Notes under the pieces: generated by a model | What the model was told of the DNA's origin: nothing | Databases searched by the model: none | The model's input: the letters and a program-made list of their open reading frames with translations, nothing else | In this document: in pieces, positions 1 through 9,984 of the stretch | Layout of the letters: every line of letters starts with the position of its first letter | Numbering within the stretch: position 1 is the stretch's first letter | Program-made: the position numbers and the translations under genes | Assembly: GCA_963752565.1 (NCBI GenBank) | Contig: CAVVZC010000019.1 | Coordinates: 21,447-85,446, forward strand | DNA: 64,000 bases | DNA from: an uncultured delta proteobacterium | GTDB taxonomy: Bacteria > Desulfobacterota > Desulfobacteria > Desulfobacterales > UBA11574 | Reading direction: 5' to 3'

Positions 1-385
1 CAACCTTTTCAGGGCGGCTGCAGAGGCTGAAACCGTCCACGCCCATGCACATTTGAGGGTTCTTAAGGGAATAAAATCAACCGCTGAAAATCTCAAAGAG
101 TCCATTGCCGGTGAAACCCATGAGTTCAAAAGTATGTATCCGGAAATGATCGACACGGCACAATCAGAAGGAGACAAAGCAGCCCTGAGAAGCTTTACCT
201 ATGCCAATGAAGTAGAACAAATACACGCCGATCTTTACCAGAAAGCTCTGGACAGTCTTGATAATCCTGAAGCCGTGGAATGCTATTATGTCTGCGCTGT
301 GTGTGGCTATACCTGTGAGAATGAACCTCCGGAAACATGTCCGGTTTGCAGCGCCAACATCAAGGCCTTTTCCAAAGTGGATTAA
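1..385 (+). CDS. rbr: Rubrerythrin, C-terminal part (5' end outside window)
   Basis: The reading frame is open from base 2 (NLFRAAAEAETVHAHAHLRVLKG...). Ferritin-like diiron helices are followed by a rubredoxin-like CAVCGY...CPVC pair. The track TTG start at 53 is internal. Confidence 0.9.
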   Translation, partial: NLFRAAAEAETVHAHAHLRVLKGIKSTAENLKESIAGETHEFKSMYPEMIDTAQSEGDKAALRSFTYANEVEQIHADLYQKALDSLDNPEAVECYYVCAVCGYTCENEPPETCPVCSANIKAFSKVD

Positions 386-424
386 AAAAATCACAAACAT
401 AAAAATTTAATAAGGAGATTGAAA

Positions 425-868
425 ATGGCGAAAGTGCTTATCGGATATTACAGCAGAACTGGAATTACGGAAAAAATGGCGGAATATGTCGCTGAAGGTG
501 TCCGTCTCACCGGAAACATTGCGGAGCTGAAAAAAATTGCTGAAATAAAAGATGAAAAAGATTTGGGAGGATACGACGGTTTTATATTCGGGTGTCCCAC
601 TTATCATCGGGATATCACCGCAGGCATGAAAACATTTCTTTTCTTGGCGGAAAAAGCCAATCTGGTAGGCAAGATGGGAGGCGCATTCGGATCTTATACC
701 CACAGTGGGGAATCTGCTGACATGATATATGACACCATGCTTTACGTATTCAAAATGGATATGGTTGATCTGGGTGCATTAAATCTGAAAGAACAGGTCA
801 TGGAAACTGATGAAGGGGCGCGTGCCTGCCAGGATTACGGGAAAGCCATTGGTCAGAAGTTTGCTTAA
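425..868 (+). CDS. Flavodoxin-like FMN protein
   Basis: MAKVLIGYYSRTGITEKMAEYV carries the flavodoxin FMN-phosphate loop, and FGCPTYH is present. AAGGAG lies about 7 nt upstream of ATG 425, which I prefer over the track TTG at 419. Confidence 0.8.
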   Translation: MAKVLIGYYSRTGITEKMAEYVAEGVRLTGNIAELKKIAEIKDEKDLGGYDGFIFGCPTYHRDITAGMKTFLFLAEKANLVGKMGGAFGSYTHSGESADMIYDTMLYVFKMDMVDLGALNLKEQVMETDEGARACQDYGKAIGQKFA

Positions 869-923
869 CCCCAAGTAAAATGTTTTGTAAGTACTATTTC
901 AAATTGGTATCCATCCCTATCTG

Positions 924-949
924 CCCTTCCCCTTTAAGGGGAAGGGTTT
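924..949 (+). terminator. Putative intrinsic terminator after flavodoxin gene
   Basis: Perfect 9-bp GC-rich stem cccttcccc / ggggaaggg with a tttaa loop, followed by ttt. The U-tract is short. Confidence 0.45.
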
Positions 950-1034
950 GGGAGGGAGTGAAGCCTCTCAAATAGTAACCGAATTTTGGATCCTGAATAC
1001 GAAGACTTTAAATTTATTTAATAAGGAGAATAAA

Positions 1035-1229
1035 ATGAAAGTAAAAGTCACTGAAAATTGCATGGGAGATCGGCGTTGTAACGATTTATGTCCTGAAGTT
1101 TTCGAATACGATGAGGATCAACTCAAATCTACCGTTAAGGTTGATGACGTCCCCGCACAATACGTAGAACTCGTTAGGCAAGCTGCAGATGAATGCGGCG
1201 CCGATGCCATTATCATAGAAGAGGATTGA
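1035..1229 (+). CDS. Small single-cluster ferredoxin
   Basis: The 64-aa product has C-x5-C-x3-CP (ENCMGDRRCNDLCPEVF) plus a distal Cys (ADECGADAI). AAGGAGA RBS sits upstream of ATG 1035. The longer track ORF from 948 has no RBS. Confidence 0.75.
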   Translation: MKVKVTENCMGDRRCNDLCPEVFEYDEDQLKSTVKVDDVPAQYVELVRQAADECGADAIIIEED

Positions 1230-1241
1230 TTACATTTAAAC

Positions 1242-1284
1242 GGGGTCAGGGTTACACGGTACAAATCTGGCCCCAAAGCTTTTT
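1242..1284 (+). terminator. Possible terminator after ferredoxin gene
   Basis: 8-bp stem ggggtcag / ctggcccc (one G-U pair), a 17-nt loop, then aaagc and ttttt. The geometry is not ideal. Confidence 0.3.
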
Positions 1285-1402
1285 ATCTTGTAAAAACATT
1301 AGATTTGACATGCCACAGTGTGGAATTATATTAAGATCAATAGCACGCTAAATCGTATCCTGCTATATCAACAATCACCTATATAACCCCAGGAGGCACA
1401 CC

Positions 1403-3055
1403 ATGAAAGAAATATCGATTCTTGTCGGCGGTAAAGCGGGTGATGGTATCCGGCAGGCCGGTCACGTCATTGCCCGACTTCTGAATCGAATGGGCTATCG
1501 AATTTTTTTCTATGATGATTATCCCTCTCTGATCCGTGGCGGGCACAATTTTTCTATCATCAGGGCCTCGGAAAAACGCATTATTGCGCACAAAGAAACC
1601 GTCGATGTCATCGTAGCCTTAAATCAGGATGCCGTTGACAATCATAAACATCGGCTCAATGCCGGCGGGATAATCCTCTATGATTCCAAAAAATCGGATA
1701 CCAAAGGCATAGGACTCGATTTTATGGACATTGTCAAAAAGTTTGACGGAAAGCCGATTATGAGGAATACCGCAGCCATCGGAGCACTGGCCGGCGTAAT
1801 AAATATTGAATGGTCTGTTATGGAAAAGGTTATCATGGATGCCGTAGAAAAAGACGTCGACTTGAATCTTAAAATCGCCCGGCATGCTTATGACCGGATT
1901 GAAAACCCTTCCAAGTCCGTACTAAAACTGGATCAAAAAGCCCTTCCGCTGGTCTCCGGCAATGAAGCCATTGCCCTTGGAGCGGTCAAAGCCGGTTTAA
2001 ACATGTACATTGCCTATCCCATGACCCCCGCATCGGCCATTCTCCATTATCTGGCCGCCCACGAAAACGAATTGGGGGTGGTTACCGTACACCCTGAAAG
2101 TGAGATTGGTGTTGCACTCATGGCACTGGGGGCCGCCTATGCCGGCGCAAGGGCCATGGTCGGCACTTCCGGCGGAGGATTCGCGTTGATGACCGAGGCA
2201 TTGAGCCTGGCCGGACAGGGTGAACTTCCCATGGTCATCGTGGAAGCTCAGAGGCCCGGTCCGAGTACCGGCGTTCCCACATACACCATGCAAGGCGACC
2301 TTTCCTTTGTTGTCCATGCCGGGCATGGGGAAATTTTAAGGGTGGTGCTGGCACCCGGCGATGCTGAGGAGGCATTTTACACGGCCGGACTGGCCATGAA
2401 CCTTGCATGGAAATTTCAAATTCCGGCCTTTGTGCTTTCAGACAAACATTTGAGCGAAAGCATATTCAGCTTCGAGGCCGATCTGGACAAGGTTAAACCG
2501 GAGAAGCCGCTTCTATGGAACAACCAGGGAGAATACAAAAGATATCAAGATACTCAAAACGGCATTTCACCGTTGGCCTTTCCGGGAAATCCCTCGGCAA
2601 TCGTTAAAGCCACTTCCTATGAACATGATGAGAGCGGCATTACCACTGAAGAACCAGAGGCAATTGTCAAGATGCAGAGGAAACGGCTGCGCAAAAGAAA
2701 AGCCTTGGAAGATGAGCTTGAAAAATATGAAACGGTGAACGTATACGGAAACCCTGATTCAAAAACCGTTCTTTTGTGTTGGGGCTCCACCAAAGGGGCG
2801 TGTATAGAAGTGGCCGAAGCCCTTGATCTTAAAGTGGTTCAACCTTTAATATTGGAGCCTTTACCGGTAGAGGCGTTAAAAAAAGCCCTTTCCGGCGCCG
2901 ATAAGATCATAGACGTTGAAGTCAATGCCACCGGACAACTGGCAAAACTCATTTCCGGTCACGGTATTTGCATCGACGATATGATTTTACGTTTTGACGC
3001 ACGTCCATTCACCGTGGATGTTTTGCTCGACAACGTAAAGGAGGTGCTCTCATGA
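1403..3055 (+). CDS. 2-oxoacid:ferredoxin oxidoreductase, fused gamma-alpha subunit
   Basis: N-terminal gamma-type segment (ILVGGKAGDGIRQAG) is followed by an alpha-type segment (GNEAIALGAVKAG...YPMTPAS). A 4-nt ATGA overlap links it to the beta subunit gene. Confidence 0.88.
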   Translation: MKEISILVGGKAGDGIRQAGHVIARLLNRMGYRIFFYDDYPSLIRGGHNFSIIRASEKRIIAHKETVDVIVALNQDAVDNHKHRLNAGGIILYDSKKSDTKGIGLDFMDIVKKFDGKPIMRNTAAIGALAGVINIEWSVMEKVIMDAVEKDVDLNLKIARHAYDRIENPSKSVLKLDQKALPLVSGNEAIALGAVKAGLNMYIAYPMTPASAILHYLAAHENELGVVTVHPESEIGVALMALGAAYAGARAMVGTSGGGFALMTEALSLAGQGELPMVIVEAQRPGPSTGVPTYTMQGDLSFVVHAGHGEILRVVLAPGDAEEAFYTAGLAMNLAWKFQIPAFVLSDKHLSESIFSFEADLDKVKPEKPLLWNNQGEYKRYQDTQNGISPLAFPGNPSAIVKATSYEHDESGITTEEPEAIVKMQRKRLRKRKALEDELEKYETVNVYGNPDSKTVLLCWGSTKGACIEVAEALDLKVVQPLILEPLPVEALKKALSGADKIIDVEVNATGQLAKLISGHGICIDDMILRFDARPFTVDVLLDNVKEVLS

Positions 3056-3912
3056 CAACCATCAAAGAATTGGGCACTTATGCCCAGAATACATGGTGCC
3101 CCGGCTGTGGCAATTTCGGCATCTTGACATCCATCAAAAAGGCATTAACAGATCTTGAAGATAATGGACTCGCTCTCAACAACGTAGCCATCGTCTCGGG
3201 AATCGGGTGTCATGCCAAGATTGTGGATTATATCAACGTCAACACCTTTTATTCGATTCACGGCCGGGTTCCCCCGCCGATGACCGGAATCAAACTGGCC
3301 AATCCGGATTTGACGGTAATCGGTTTTGCCGGTGACGGAGATGCATATGGTGAAGGTATTGAGCATCTTATTTTCAGTGCCAAGCGAAATTTAGACTTAA
3401 CATTCATTGTTCACAACAACAGGGTATACGGACTCACAACCGGTCAGTTTACCCCCACCAGCCCTCCCGGATTTAAAGGGCGGTCGACCCCGAAAGGCAG
3501 CCCCGAAGATCCCTTGAACCCTATTGAACTCATGCTTTCCGCCGGTGCCACTTTTGTCGCCAGAGGGTATACGAAAAATATGAAGCATCTTCAGTCGTTG
3601 ATTAAAGCCGCAATCGACCATAAGGGGTTTTCTTTTATTGACGTGCTTCAACCTTGTTTCACCTTTTTTAATACCTATGATTTTTACAATGAACGGGTGT
3701 ATGAGTTCTCCTCAAAGGATCATGATGCTTCCGATAGAAACGCAGCTTTTGTCAAGGCCGATGAATGGGCATATGGAGTTGGGGAGCAGATTCCCATCGG
3801 TATTTTTTACCAGGTCAAAAAATCGACTTTTGAAGAGAGACTTTTGGAAGGAAGGGTTCCTGTCCAATTAACACCAGGGGATATCCGGCCGGTCCTCGAA
3901 AAACATATATAA
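3052..3912 (+). CDS. 2-oxoacid:ferredoxin oxidoreductase beta (TPP-binding) subunit
   Basis: WCPGCGNFGIL and GFAGDGDAYGEG...NN TPP-binding motifs. Translationally coupled to the upstream gene. Confidence 0.9.
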   Translation: MTTIKELGTYAQNTWCPGCGNFGILTSIKKALTDLEDNGLALNNVAIVSGIGCHAKIVDYINVNTFYSIHGRVPPPMTGIKLANPDLTVIGFAGDGDAYGEGIEHLIFSAKRNLDLTFIVHNNRVYGLTTGQFTPTSPPGFKGRSTPKGSPEDPLNPIELMLSAGATFVARGYTKNMKHLQSLIKAAIDHKGFSFIDVLQPCFTFFNTYDFYNERVYEFSSKDHDASDRNAAFVKADEWAYGVGEQIPIGIFYQVKKSTFEERLLEGRVPVQLTPGDIRPVLEKHI

Positions 3913-3986
3913 TTGAATTTTCTGATAAAAAATCTCCTCGATCCTTGATGCAATTTGAATTTAACAGAATAAGGAGCATAAATCCA

Positions 3987-4205
3987 ATGAAAGAGAAAGT
4001 TGAAAAAGCGTTAAATGATGTCAGACCACATCTTCAGGCAGATGGTGGAGATGTGGAACTTGTTGATGTGGAAAATAATATTGTCAAGGTAAGATTAAAA
4101 GGTGCCTGTGCCGGTTGTCCCATGTCCCAGATGACACTCAAGCAGGGCATAGAACGATATATTAAGAAACTGATTCCGGAAATAATCAGCGTGGAGTCCG
4201 TGTAA
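3987..4205 (+). CDS. NifU C-terminal-domain (Nfu-type) Fe-S scaffold protein
   Basis: VRPHLQADGGDVELVDV...GACAGCPMSQMTLK is a typical Nfu domain. AAGGAG lies 10 nt upstream of ATG 3987. Confidence 0.8.
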   Translation: MKEKVEKALNDVRPHLQADGGDVELVDVENNIVKVRLKGACAGCPMSQMTLKQGIERYIKKLIPEIISVESV

Positions 4206-4360
4206 CTTCTTGATAAATTAAGCGAGCAGGACCTGACTTTGTAAAAGAGAATGGTCGGTATTTGGAAAGTGAAAGTAAGCTTACCGAATACACCTTTATC
4301 AAGAGCTTACCATCCAACCCCTTGACAATACTTGAACATTGAAGATATGGAGGAATGTTC

Positions 4361-4555
4361 ATGATTAAAGTAAAAACATTTACAAGTCCCTTGAAGATAT
4401 TTCATGCAAAAAATGAACTGGAAGCGCTTGATAGACGGGTAAATCGCTTTATCGAGGATAACAATGTGAACAAAATTAATTCAATAAGTGATGCCTGTAC
4501 AACGGATGACAATGGCGCCACCATCGGAATTATCCGGGTCATTGCATACGAGTAA
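4361..4555 (+). CDS. Small conserved hypothetical protein (Cse60-like architecture, tentative)
   Basis: 64 aa starting MIKVKTFTS..ELEALDRRVNRFIEDN...IGIIRVIAYE. GGAGGA RBS lies 6 nt upstream of ATG 4361. Confidence 0.5.
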   Translation: MIKVKTFTSPLKIFHAKNELEALDRRVNRFIEDNNVNKINSISDACTTDDNGATIGIIRVIAYE

Positions 4556-4655
4556 ACCGGCTTGAAACCGGTTCCGATACTGTAAAGGACTTAAAAAAGA
4601 TTAACTCTGTGAAAAACACTGACGCAGGGAACCGATGGGTTAAAAGGAGGATTTC

Positions 4656-5273
4656 ATGGCAGTAATTACCATTAGCAAGGAATTTGACACTGAAGGTGAA
4701 AAGGTCGCATCGCTGGTCGCGAAAAAACTTGGTTACGAATACATCGGTAAAAATTTAGTCGCTGATATTGCTAAAGAACTCCATATATCTAAAGGTGAAG
4801 CGGAAGCGTTTCACAAAGCTTCCCAGTCAAGAATTCTTCGTTTTGTCGATCGCTACACCTGCTCTATTGTCCAGAAGGTGGTTGACCGTGAACACGGCTG
4901 CTTGGACGACAAGAACTACTATGAGGTCACCAAAAAGTTGGTTGAAAATGTATATGACGCCGGTAACGTCATCATTCTTGGATGGGGAAGCCAGTGCCTC
5001 TTAAAAGAAAAACCGGATACGCTTCATGTCCGTTTGATAAAAGATAATGAACTAAAAATAAAAAAGCTCATGCAGGCTGAAAATCTGAGTCACAAAGCTG
5101 CAAAAAATTTTATTGACAGAGAAGAAGGTGATTTAAAGGCTTATATCAAACAATACTTTAACGAGGACTGGAATGCCGCTCACCTTTATGATCTTATTAT
5201 AGATATGGGAAAAATATCGGTGGAAAAGGCCGTTGATATGATATGTGACAACGTTAAGCATAAAACCGAATGA
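4656..5273 (+). CDS. Cytidylate-kinase-like family protein
   Basis: ITISKEFDTEGEKVASLVAKKLGYEYIGKNL resembles the cytidylate kinase-like 2 family. Strong AAAGGAGG RBS. Confidence 0.6.
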   Translation: MAVITISKEFDTEGEKVASLVAKKLGYEYIGKNLVADIAKELHISKGEAEAFHKASQSRILRFVDRYTCSIVQKVVDREHGCLDDKNYYEVTKKLVENVYDAGNVIILGWGSQCLLKEKPDTLHVRLIKDNELKIKKLMQAENLSHKAAKNFIDREEGDLKAYIKQYFNEDWNAAHLYDLIIDMGKISVEKAVDMICDNVKHKTE

Positions 5274-5415
5274 TCGAAATTTAAGTATTGCCTTCCACAG
5301 TAAAAGAAGAGGACACTAAACATTTCTTTAAGGCAACTAAAAAGATTAACCATTTTGGGTGCATTTCTCTCGACATGAATACATCGCAGATTCAGCCTAA
5401 AAAGAATAAGAAATA

Positions 5416-6780
5416 ATGTCTTTAAAACATCACAAATACATGACATCCTCCCGGCAACTGGTTGCCGACCAAATTATTAAACCCTTCCAGCGGTTTTTCA
5501 GAAAAGAAGCTACCAGCAGTATATTGCTCATTGCCGCGACGATCATTGCCCTGATTTGGATCAATTCCAGAATCGGGGAAACCTATCACAGCTTTTGGCA
5601 TACCAAAGTTTCCTTTGCCTTCGGACATTTTCATATCAGCAAAACACTCGTTCACTGGATCAATGACGGTTTCATGTCTTTGTTTTTTTTTACGGTGGGT
5701 CTCGAAATTAAACGCGAAATTCTTGTAGGAGAACTCGCGACCCCCAAAAAGGCTTTGCTGCCGGTGATTGCCGCGCTGGGAGGAATGATTGTACCCGGCC
5801 TAATCTATGTAGCATTTAATGCCGGATCACCCACCATAAGCGGATGGGGAGTTCCCGTTGCAACGGATATCGCCTTTGCTTTGGGGGCTGTGGCCGTCTT
5901 CGGCCGCAGACTACCTGTGGGCCTGAGGATCTTTCTGGCAGCCTTCGCCATTGCCGACGACCTGGGTGCGGTCGTCATTATCGCAATCTTCTATACCAAG
6001 GAAATCGTCTGGTCTTATCTTATCATCTCCCTATTTTTGATTCTCGGTCTCGCTGTCGCAAACTTCCTCTGGATACGATGGACACTGGTTTATGCAGTTC
6101 TGGGACTTGCCGTCTGGTTTTTTGTCCTGGGATCCGGCGTTCATCCCACCATCGCCGGTGTGATTGTTTCTCTTTTTGTACCGGCCCGGGGAAGGTATGA
6201 TACCGACAACTTTTTGCAAAACGTAAAGAAAATAACGGAACAGTTTGAATGTGAGGAACAAAGTTGTGGGTATTCAATCCTTTTGAATCAGGAACACATG
6301 CATGCCGTTCAAGCGCTGGAAATGGCCTGCCATGATGTGGAGACACCCCTGCAGCGATTGATGCACGCCCTGCATCCATGGGTTGCATTTTTTATTCTGC
6401 CTTTTTTTGCCTTGGGGAATACCGGTTTGACCTTTCAAGGTCTCGTTTTTTCTGAATTGGTCTCAAATCCGGTAATCATCGGGATTATCTTTGGTCTGGT
6501 TTTTGGAAAGCCCATAGGAGTCATGCTATTTTCATATCTCTCGGTCAAGACCGGGATTGCTTCCTTACCCCAAGAAGTCAGGTGGTCGCATATTTTTGGA
6601 GGGGCCATGCTTGGGGGAATCGGCTTCACCATGTCTTTGTTTCTTTCCGACCTTTCATTTTCCGATTCTCAAATACTCAATTATGCAAGAATTGCGATCC
6701 TGACAGGATCCGTTCTCTCGGCGGCAATGGGTATGTCATACCTCGGGTTTATCAGCACCTCCGATCCTGATAGAGAATGA
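5416..6780 (+). CDS. nhaA: Na+/H+ antiporter NhaA (long form)
   Basis: FFFTVGLEIKREIL, PVATDIAFALG and ADDLGAV motifs, about 12 hydrophobic segments, and the cytoplasmic insert common to long NhaA forms. Confidence 0.92.
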   Translation: MSLKHHKYMTSSRQLVADQIIKPFQRFFRKEATSSILLIAATIIALIWINSRIGETYHSFWHTKVSFAFGHFHISKTLVHWINDGFMSLFFFTVGLEIKREILVGELATPKKALLPVIAALGGMIVPGLIYVAFNAGSPTISGWGVPVATDIAFALGAVAVFGRRLPVGLRIFLAAFAIADDLGAVVIIAIFYTKEIVWSYLIISLFLILGLAVANFLWIRWTLVYAVLGLAVWFFVLGSGVHPTIAGVIVSLFVPARGRYDTDNFLQNVKKITEQFECEEQSCGYSILLNQEHMHAVQALEMACHDVETPLQRLMHALHPWVAFFILPFFALGNTGLTFQGLVFSELVSNPVIIGIIFGLVFGKPIGVMLFSYLSVKTGIASLPQEVRWSHIFGGAMLGGIGFTMSLFLSDLSFSDSQILNYARIAILTGSVLSAAMGMSYLGFISTSDPDRE

Positions 6781-6854
6781 CGGTATGGATGAGATCTAAA
6801 AGAAAAGCATCATTTCTTAAAAATTGAGATAGGCTCTAATTGGGAGGATGTCAT

Positions 6855-8018
6855 ATGGATTTTGCGTTATCTAAAGAACTTCAGATGCTGAAAAAGGCGG
6901 TTTCTGAATTTGCGGCCAAAAAAATTGCACCCTATGCTGATGAGTGGGATGCAAAACATTATTTCCCTTACAAAGAAGCCATCAAGCCCATGGGAGAACT
7001 CGGTTTTTTTGGAACGGTCATTCCTGAAAAATATGGTGGAGAAGACATGGGTTGGCTGGCAGCCATGATTGTGACCGAAGAAATCGCAAAAGCCTCCAGT
7101 TCTCTCCGGGTTCAGATCAACATGCAGTGTCTTGGAAGCGCGTTTACCATCTGTAAATACGGGGATGAAGTCTTAAAACAAAAATACATCTCCAAATTAG
7201 TCGACGCCGAATATCTGGGCGGATTTGCCATAACAGAGCCCGATGCCGGTTCCGATGTCATGGCCATGACATCAACCGCCGAAGACAAGGGCGACCACTG
7301 GTGCTTAAACGGTTCCAAAACCTGGATCTCCAATGCAGACGTTGCGGATGTGATCATCTATTATGCTTATACAGATCCGGATAAGGGCACCAAAGGCCTT
7401 TCAGCCTTTGTCGTAGAACCAAAAAACTATAACGGTGTTAAAACCTCGGCTTTAGAAAAAATGGGGTCCCACTCCTCTCCCACCGGTGAAATATTTTTAA
7501 CCAATACTAAGGTCCCCAAGGAGAATATCATTGGAAGGCCCGGAGACGGTGCAAGGATTCTCTTCGGGTCTCTTGACCAAACCCGGCTTTCTGCAGCCGC
7601 CGGTGCCGTTGGTGTTGCACGGGCATGTTTGGAAATATCGCTAAAATATTGCAATGAACGCAAACAGTACGGAAAACCCATCGGCGAGTTTCAAATGAAT
7701 CAGGACATGATCGCCCAGATGTCCACCGAAATTGAAGCAGCCCGTTTTTTGGTTTACAAAGCAGCCTGGGCAAAGGATCAGGGAAACCTGAACAACGGTC
7801 TCGATGTGGCACAGGCAAAATATTTTGCAGGCGAAGTCGCTACCAAATGTGCGGGCTATGCCATGCGGATTCTGGGAGCGTACGGTTATTCCACCGAATA
7901 TCCGGTGGCCCGTTTTTATCGGGATACGCCAACCTATACCATGGTGGAAGGATCGGCCAATATCTGTAAATGGATTATTGCCCTGGATCAGCTCGGCATC
8001 CGAAAGGCAAACCGGTAA
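6855..8018 (+). CDS. Acyl-CoA dehydrogenase, probably glutaryl-CoA dehydrogenase type
   Basis: ACAD signatures (GFAITEPDAGSD, GSKTWISN, YRDTPTYTMVEGSANI). From memory it closely resembles the non-decarboxylating glutaryl-CoA dehydrogenase of Desulfococcus. GGAGG RBS lies before ATG 6855. Confidence 0.85.
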   Translation: MDFALSKELQMLKKAVSEFAAKKIAPYADEWDAKHYFPYKEAIKPMGELGFFGTVIPEKYGGEDMGWLAAMIVTEEIAKASSSLRVQINMQCLGSAFTICKYGDEVLKQKYISKLVDAEYLGGFAITEPDAGSDVMAMTSTAEDKGDHWCLNGSKTWISNADVADVIIYYAYTDPDKGTKGLSAFVVEPKNYNGVKTSALEKMGSHSSPTGEIFLTNTKVPKENIIGRPGDGARILFGSLDQTRLSAAAGAVGVARACLEISLKYCNERKQYGKPIGEFQMNQDMIAQMSTEIEAARFLVYKAAWAKDQGNLNNGLDVAQAKYFAGEVATKCAGYAMRILGAYGYSTEYPVARFYRDTPTYTMVEGSANICKWIIALDQLGIRKANR

Positions 8019-8114
8019 ACCAAAATGCCCAATCTGGAATCGTCAAATAATCCTGCCTTACCATTCCGAAAAAAGCTGAAACGGTTAACATCGTCTTGAG
8101 TTCCAAAGGAAAAA

Positions 8115-9008
8115 TTGTTGAAAGAAACACAACCTACAAAGCCCATAACAATTAATTATCCAAAGAACAAAAATAAGACCGCATCCCGAACCTTCCGCAA
8201 AACCATCCAATTTTATTTGATTGATTGCAAGACGCCATTGGGAAAGGCAATTGATATTTTCATCATATTTCTCAATCTCATCATCTGCGCTATTTTTGTC
8301 ATCGAGACCTATCCCGTGCCCGAGTCAGTTAAAAATTTTCTGTGGAACACAGAACTTATCATTGTATTTTTTTTCATCGCTGAATATGTTGCACGACTTT
8401 ACGGTGCAAAAAATAGACTCAAACAATTAATTGATGTTTATAGCATCGTTGACTTAATCGCCATTATACCGACCCTTTCTCTGCTTGTGCTTCCCCTGTT
8501 CGGTATTGCGCTCAACATTGGATTCTTAAGGGTAATCCGGATGATCCGTGTATTGAGGATATTCAGGTTCCTTCGGTTCACGGCAGATCCTAACTTCTTC
8601 TTTGGCACCATCACCCTTCGGTTGTTGAATTTAATCAAGCTCTTTTTAACCATATTCATGATTTTTTTCATATCTTCCGGTCTTTTTTTCTATGTTGAAA
8701 ACACGCTAAACCCACACGTTCAAACTTTCGGAGATGCGTTTTATTTCACTGTCGTAACGCTTTCGACAGTGGGATTCGGAGACATCATTCCCATGTCCGA
8801 AGCAGGAAAATGGGTCACCGTGCTAATGATACTGTCAGGTATTATTCTCATCCCCTGGCAAGTGAGCCGTATCGTCAAGGAGTGGTTACACATTGCCACA
8901 AAAAAAGAAATCATTTGTCCGAAATGCGGCCTTCGCTACCATGACGAAAATGCTTCACATTGTAAATCCTGCGGACATATTATTTACCAGGAATATAACG
9001 GGGATTAA
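8115..9008 (+). CDS. Voltage-gated-type (6TM) K+ channel with C-terminal zinc-ribbon
   Basis: S4-like RVIRMIRVLRIFRFLRF, selectivity filter TLSTVGFGD, and a C-terminal CPKCG...CKSCG. The TTG start is uncertain. Confidence 0.8.
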   Translation: MLKETQPTKPITINYPKNKNKTASRTFRKTIQFYLIDCKTPLGKAIDIFIIFLNLIICAIFVIETYPVPESVKNFLWNTELIIVFFFIAEYVARLYGAKNRLKQLIDVYSIVDLIAIIPTLSLLVLPLFGIALNIGFLRVIRMIRVLRIFRFLRFTADPNFFFGTITLRLLNLIKLFLTIFMIFFISSGLFFYVENTLNPHVQTFGDAFYFTVVTLSTVGFGDIIPMSEAGKWVTVLMILSGIILIPWQVSRIVKEWLHIATKKEIICPKCGLRYHDENASHCKSCGHIIYQEYNGD

Positions 9009-9162
9009 CCCTATCCTAAACTGAACGTTTCAAATAGTGACAGGGTTATAAAAAAGCAACAATTATAAATAAATATACATTGCTAAAGTCGCCAATAGAT
9101 TTCATCTAATCGGTGGATTTATTTAAACAAAAAATTGCCACCATTTGAAACCCTTCGGGCTT

Positions 9163-9254
9163 GCCGAGTTTCCCGAATCTGCATCGTTATGAGACATTTG
9201 CAGTAGCAGACTACGGCTGCATGTCTCATGCCTTGCATCTCCGGCAAACTCGAC
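9163..9254. repeat. Long imperfect palindrome / structured intergenic element
   Basis: The core atgagacat..(gcag/ctgc)..atgtctcat forms 9+4 bp around a 13-nt loop. It is extended by outer pairings cgagttt/aaactcg, ccg/cgg and tgca/tgca. Confidence 0.5.
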
Positions 9255-9297
9255 AATCGCTCAATTTAGGCCTGTCTTTCAATGGAAATTCATAAAA

Positions 9298-9984
9298 ATG
9301 GGAATTCTACTGCTTGAGGGAGGATGCGAATTTCAAGGGAAAATGGAAGAGCCGGACAGGAAAGCACTGACACTGGCCGGGGGAAAAAATGCTAAAGTTG
9401 TCATTATACCGACTGCCGCAGCACCGGACAACAATAGCAAACGAGCCGGCAATACAGCATTGGAATGGTTTGGTACACTCGGTGCAAGAAATATTTCCGC
9501 TTTGCCGATTATAGATAAAGAATCAGCCAATGATCCGGATCTCTCGGCCGAATTGGATCGTGCAAACCTAATTTATATTCTTGGAGGGTTTCCCGGCTAT
9601 CTGGATCACACCTTTAAAGAAAGTCGATGTCTGGATGCCCTTTGGCGCGCTTATGAAAAAGGCGCTGTAATTGCAGGGAGCAGTGCGGGTGCAATGGTTT
9701 TATGTGAGTGGTATTTTGATCCTGAATATAAAAAGATAAAGAAAGGGTTTGGGATCCAAAAAGACGTCATTTTGATTCCACACCATGATACATTTGGTCG
9801 TTCATGGCGTTTGCTATATTTTGATAAAATTTCAGACATCCGATGCATCGGCATAGATGAACAAACAGGAATGATTCGTCAAGCCGACCGTCATCGATGG
9901 ACCGTGTACGGAAAAGGTGGGGTTACGTTATATTTAAAAACGTCCATTGCGTCATATAAGACCGGGCAAACATTTCAGTTATAA
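9298..9984 (+). CDS. Peptidase S51 / cyanophycinase-like (GATase1-like fold) protein
   Basis: VVIIPTAAA, IYILGGFPG and the nucleophile-type motif AGSSAGAMV. Confidence 0.75.
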   Translation: MGILLLEGGCEFQGKMEEPDRKALTLAGGKNAKVVIIPTAAAPDNNSKRAGNTALEWFGTLGARNISALPIIDKESANDPDLSAELDRANLIYILGGFPGYLDHTFKESRCLDALWRAYEKGAVIAGSSAGAMVLCEWYFDPEYKKIKKGFGIQKDVILIPHHDTFGRSWRLLYFDKISDIRCIGIDEQTGMIRQADRHRWTVYGKGGVTLYLKTSIASYKTGQTFQL

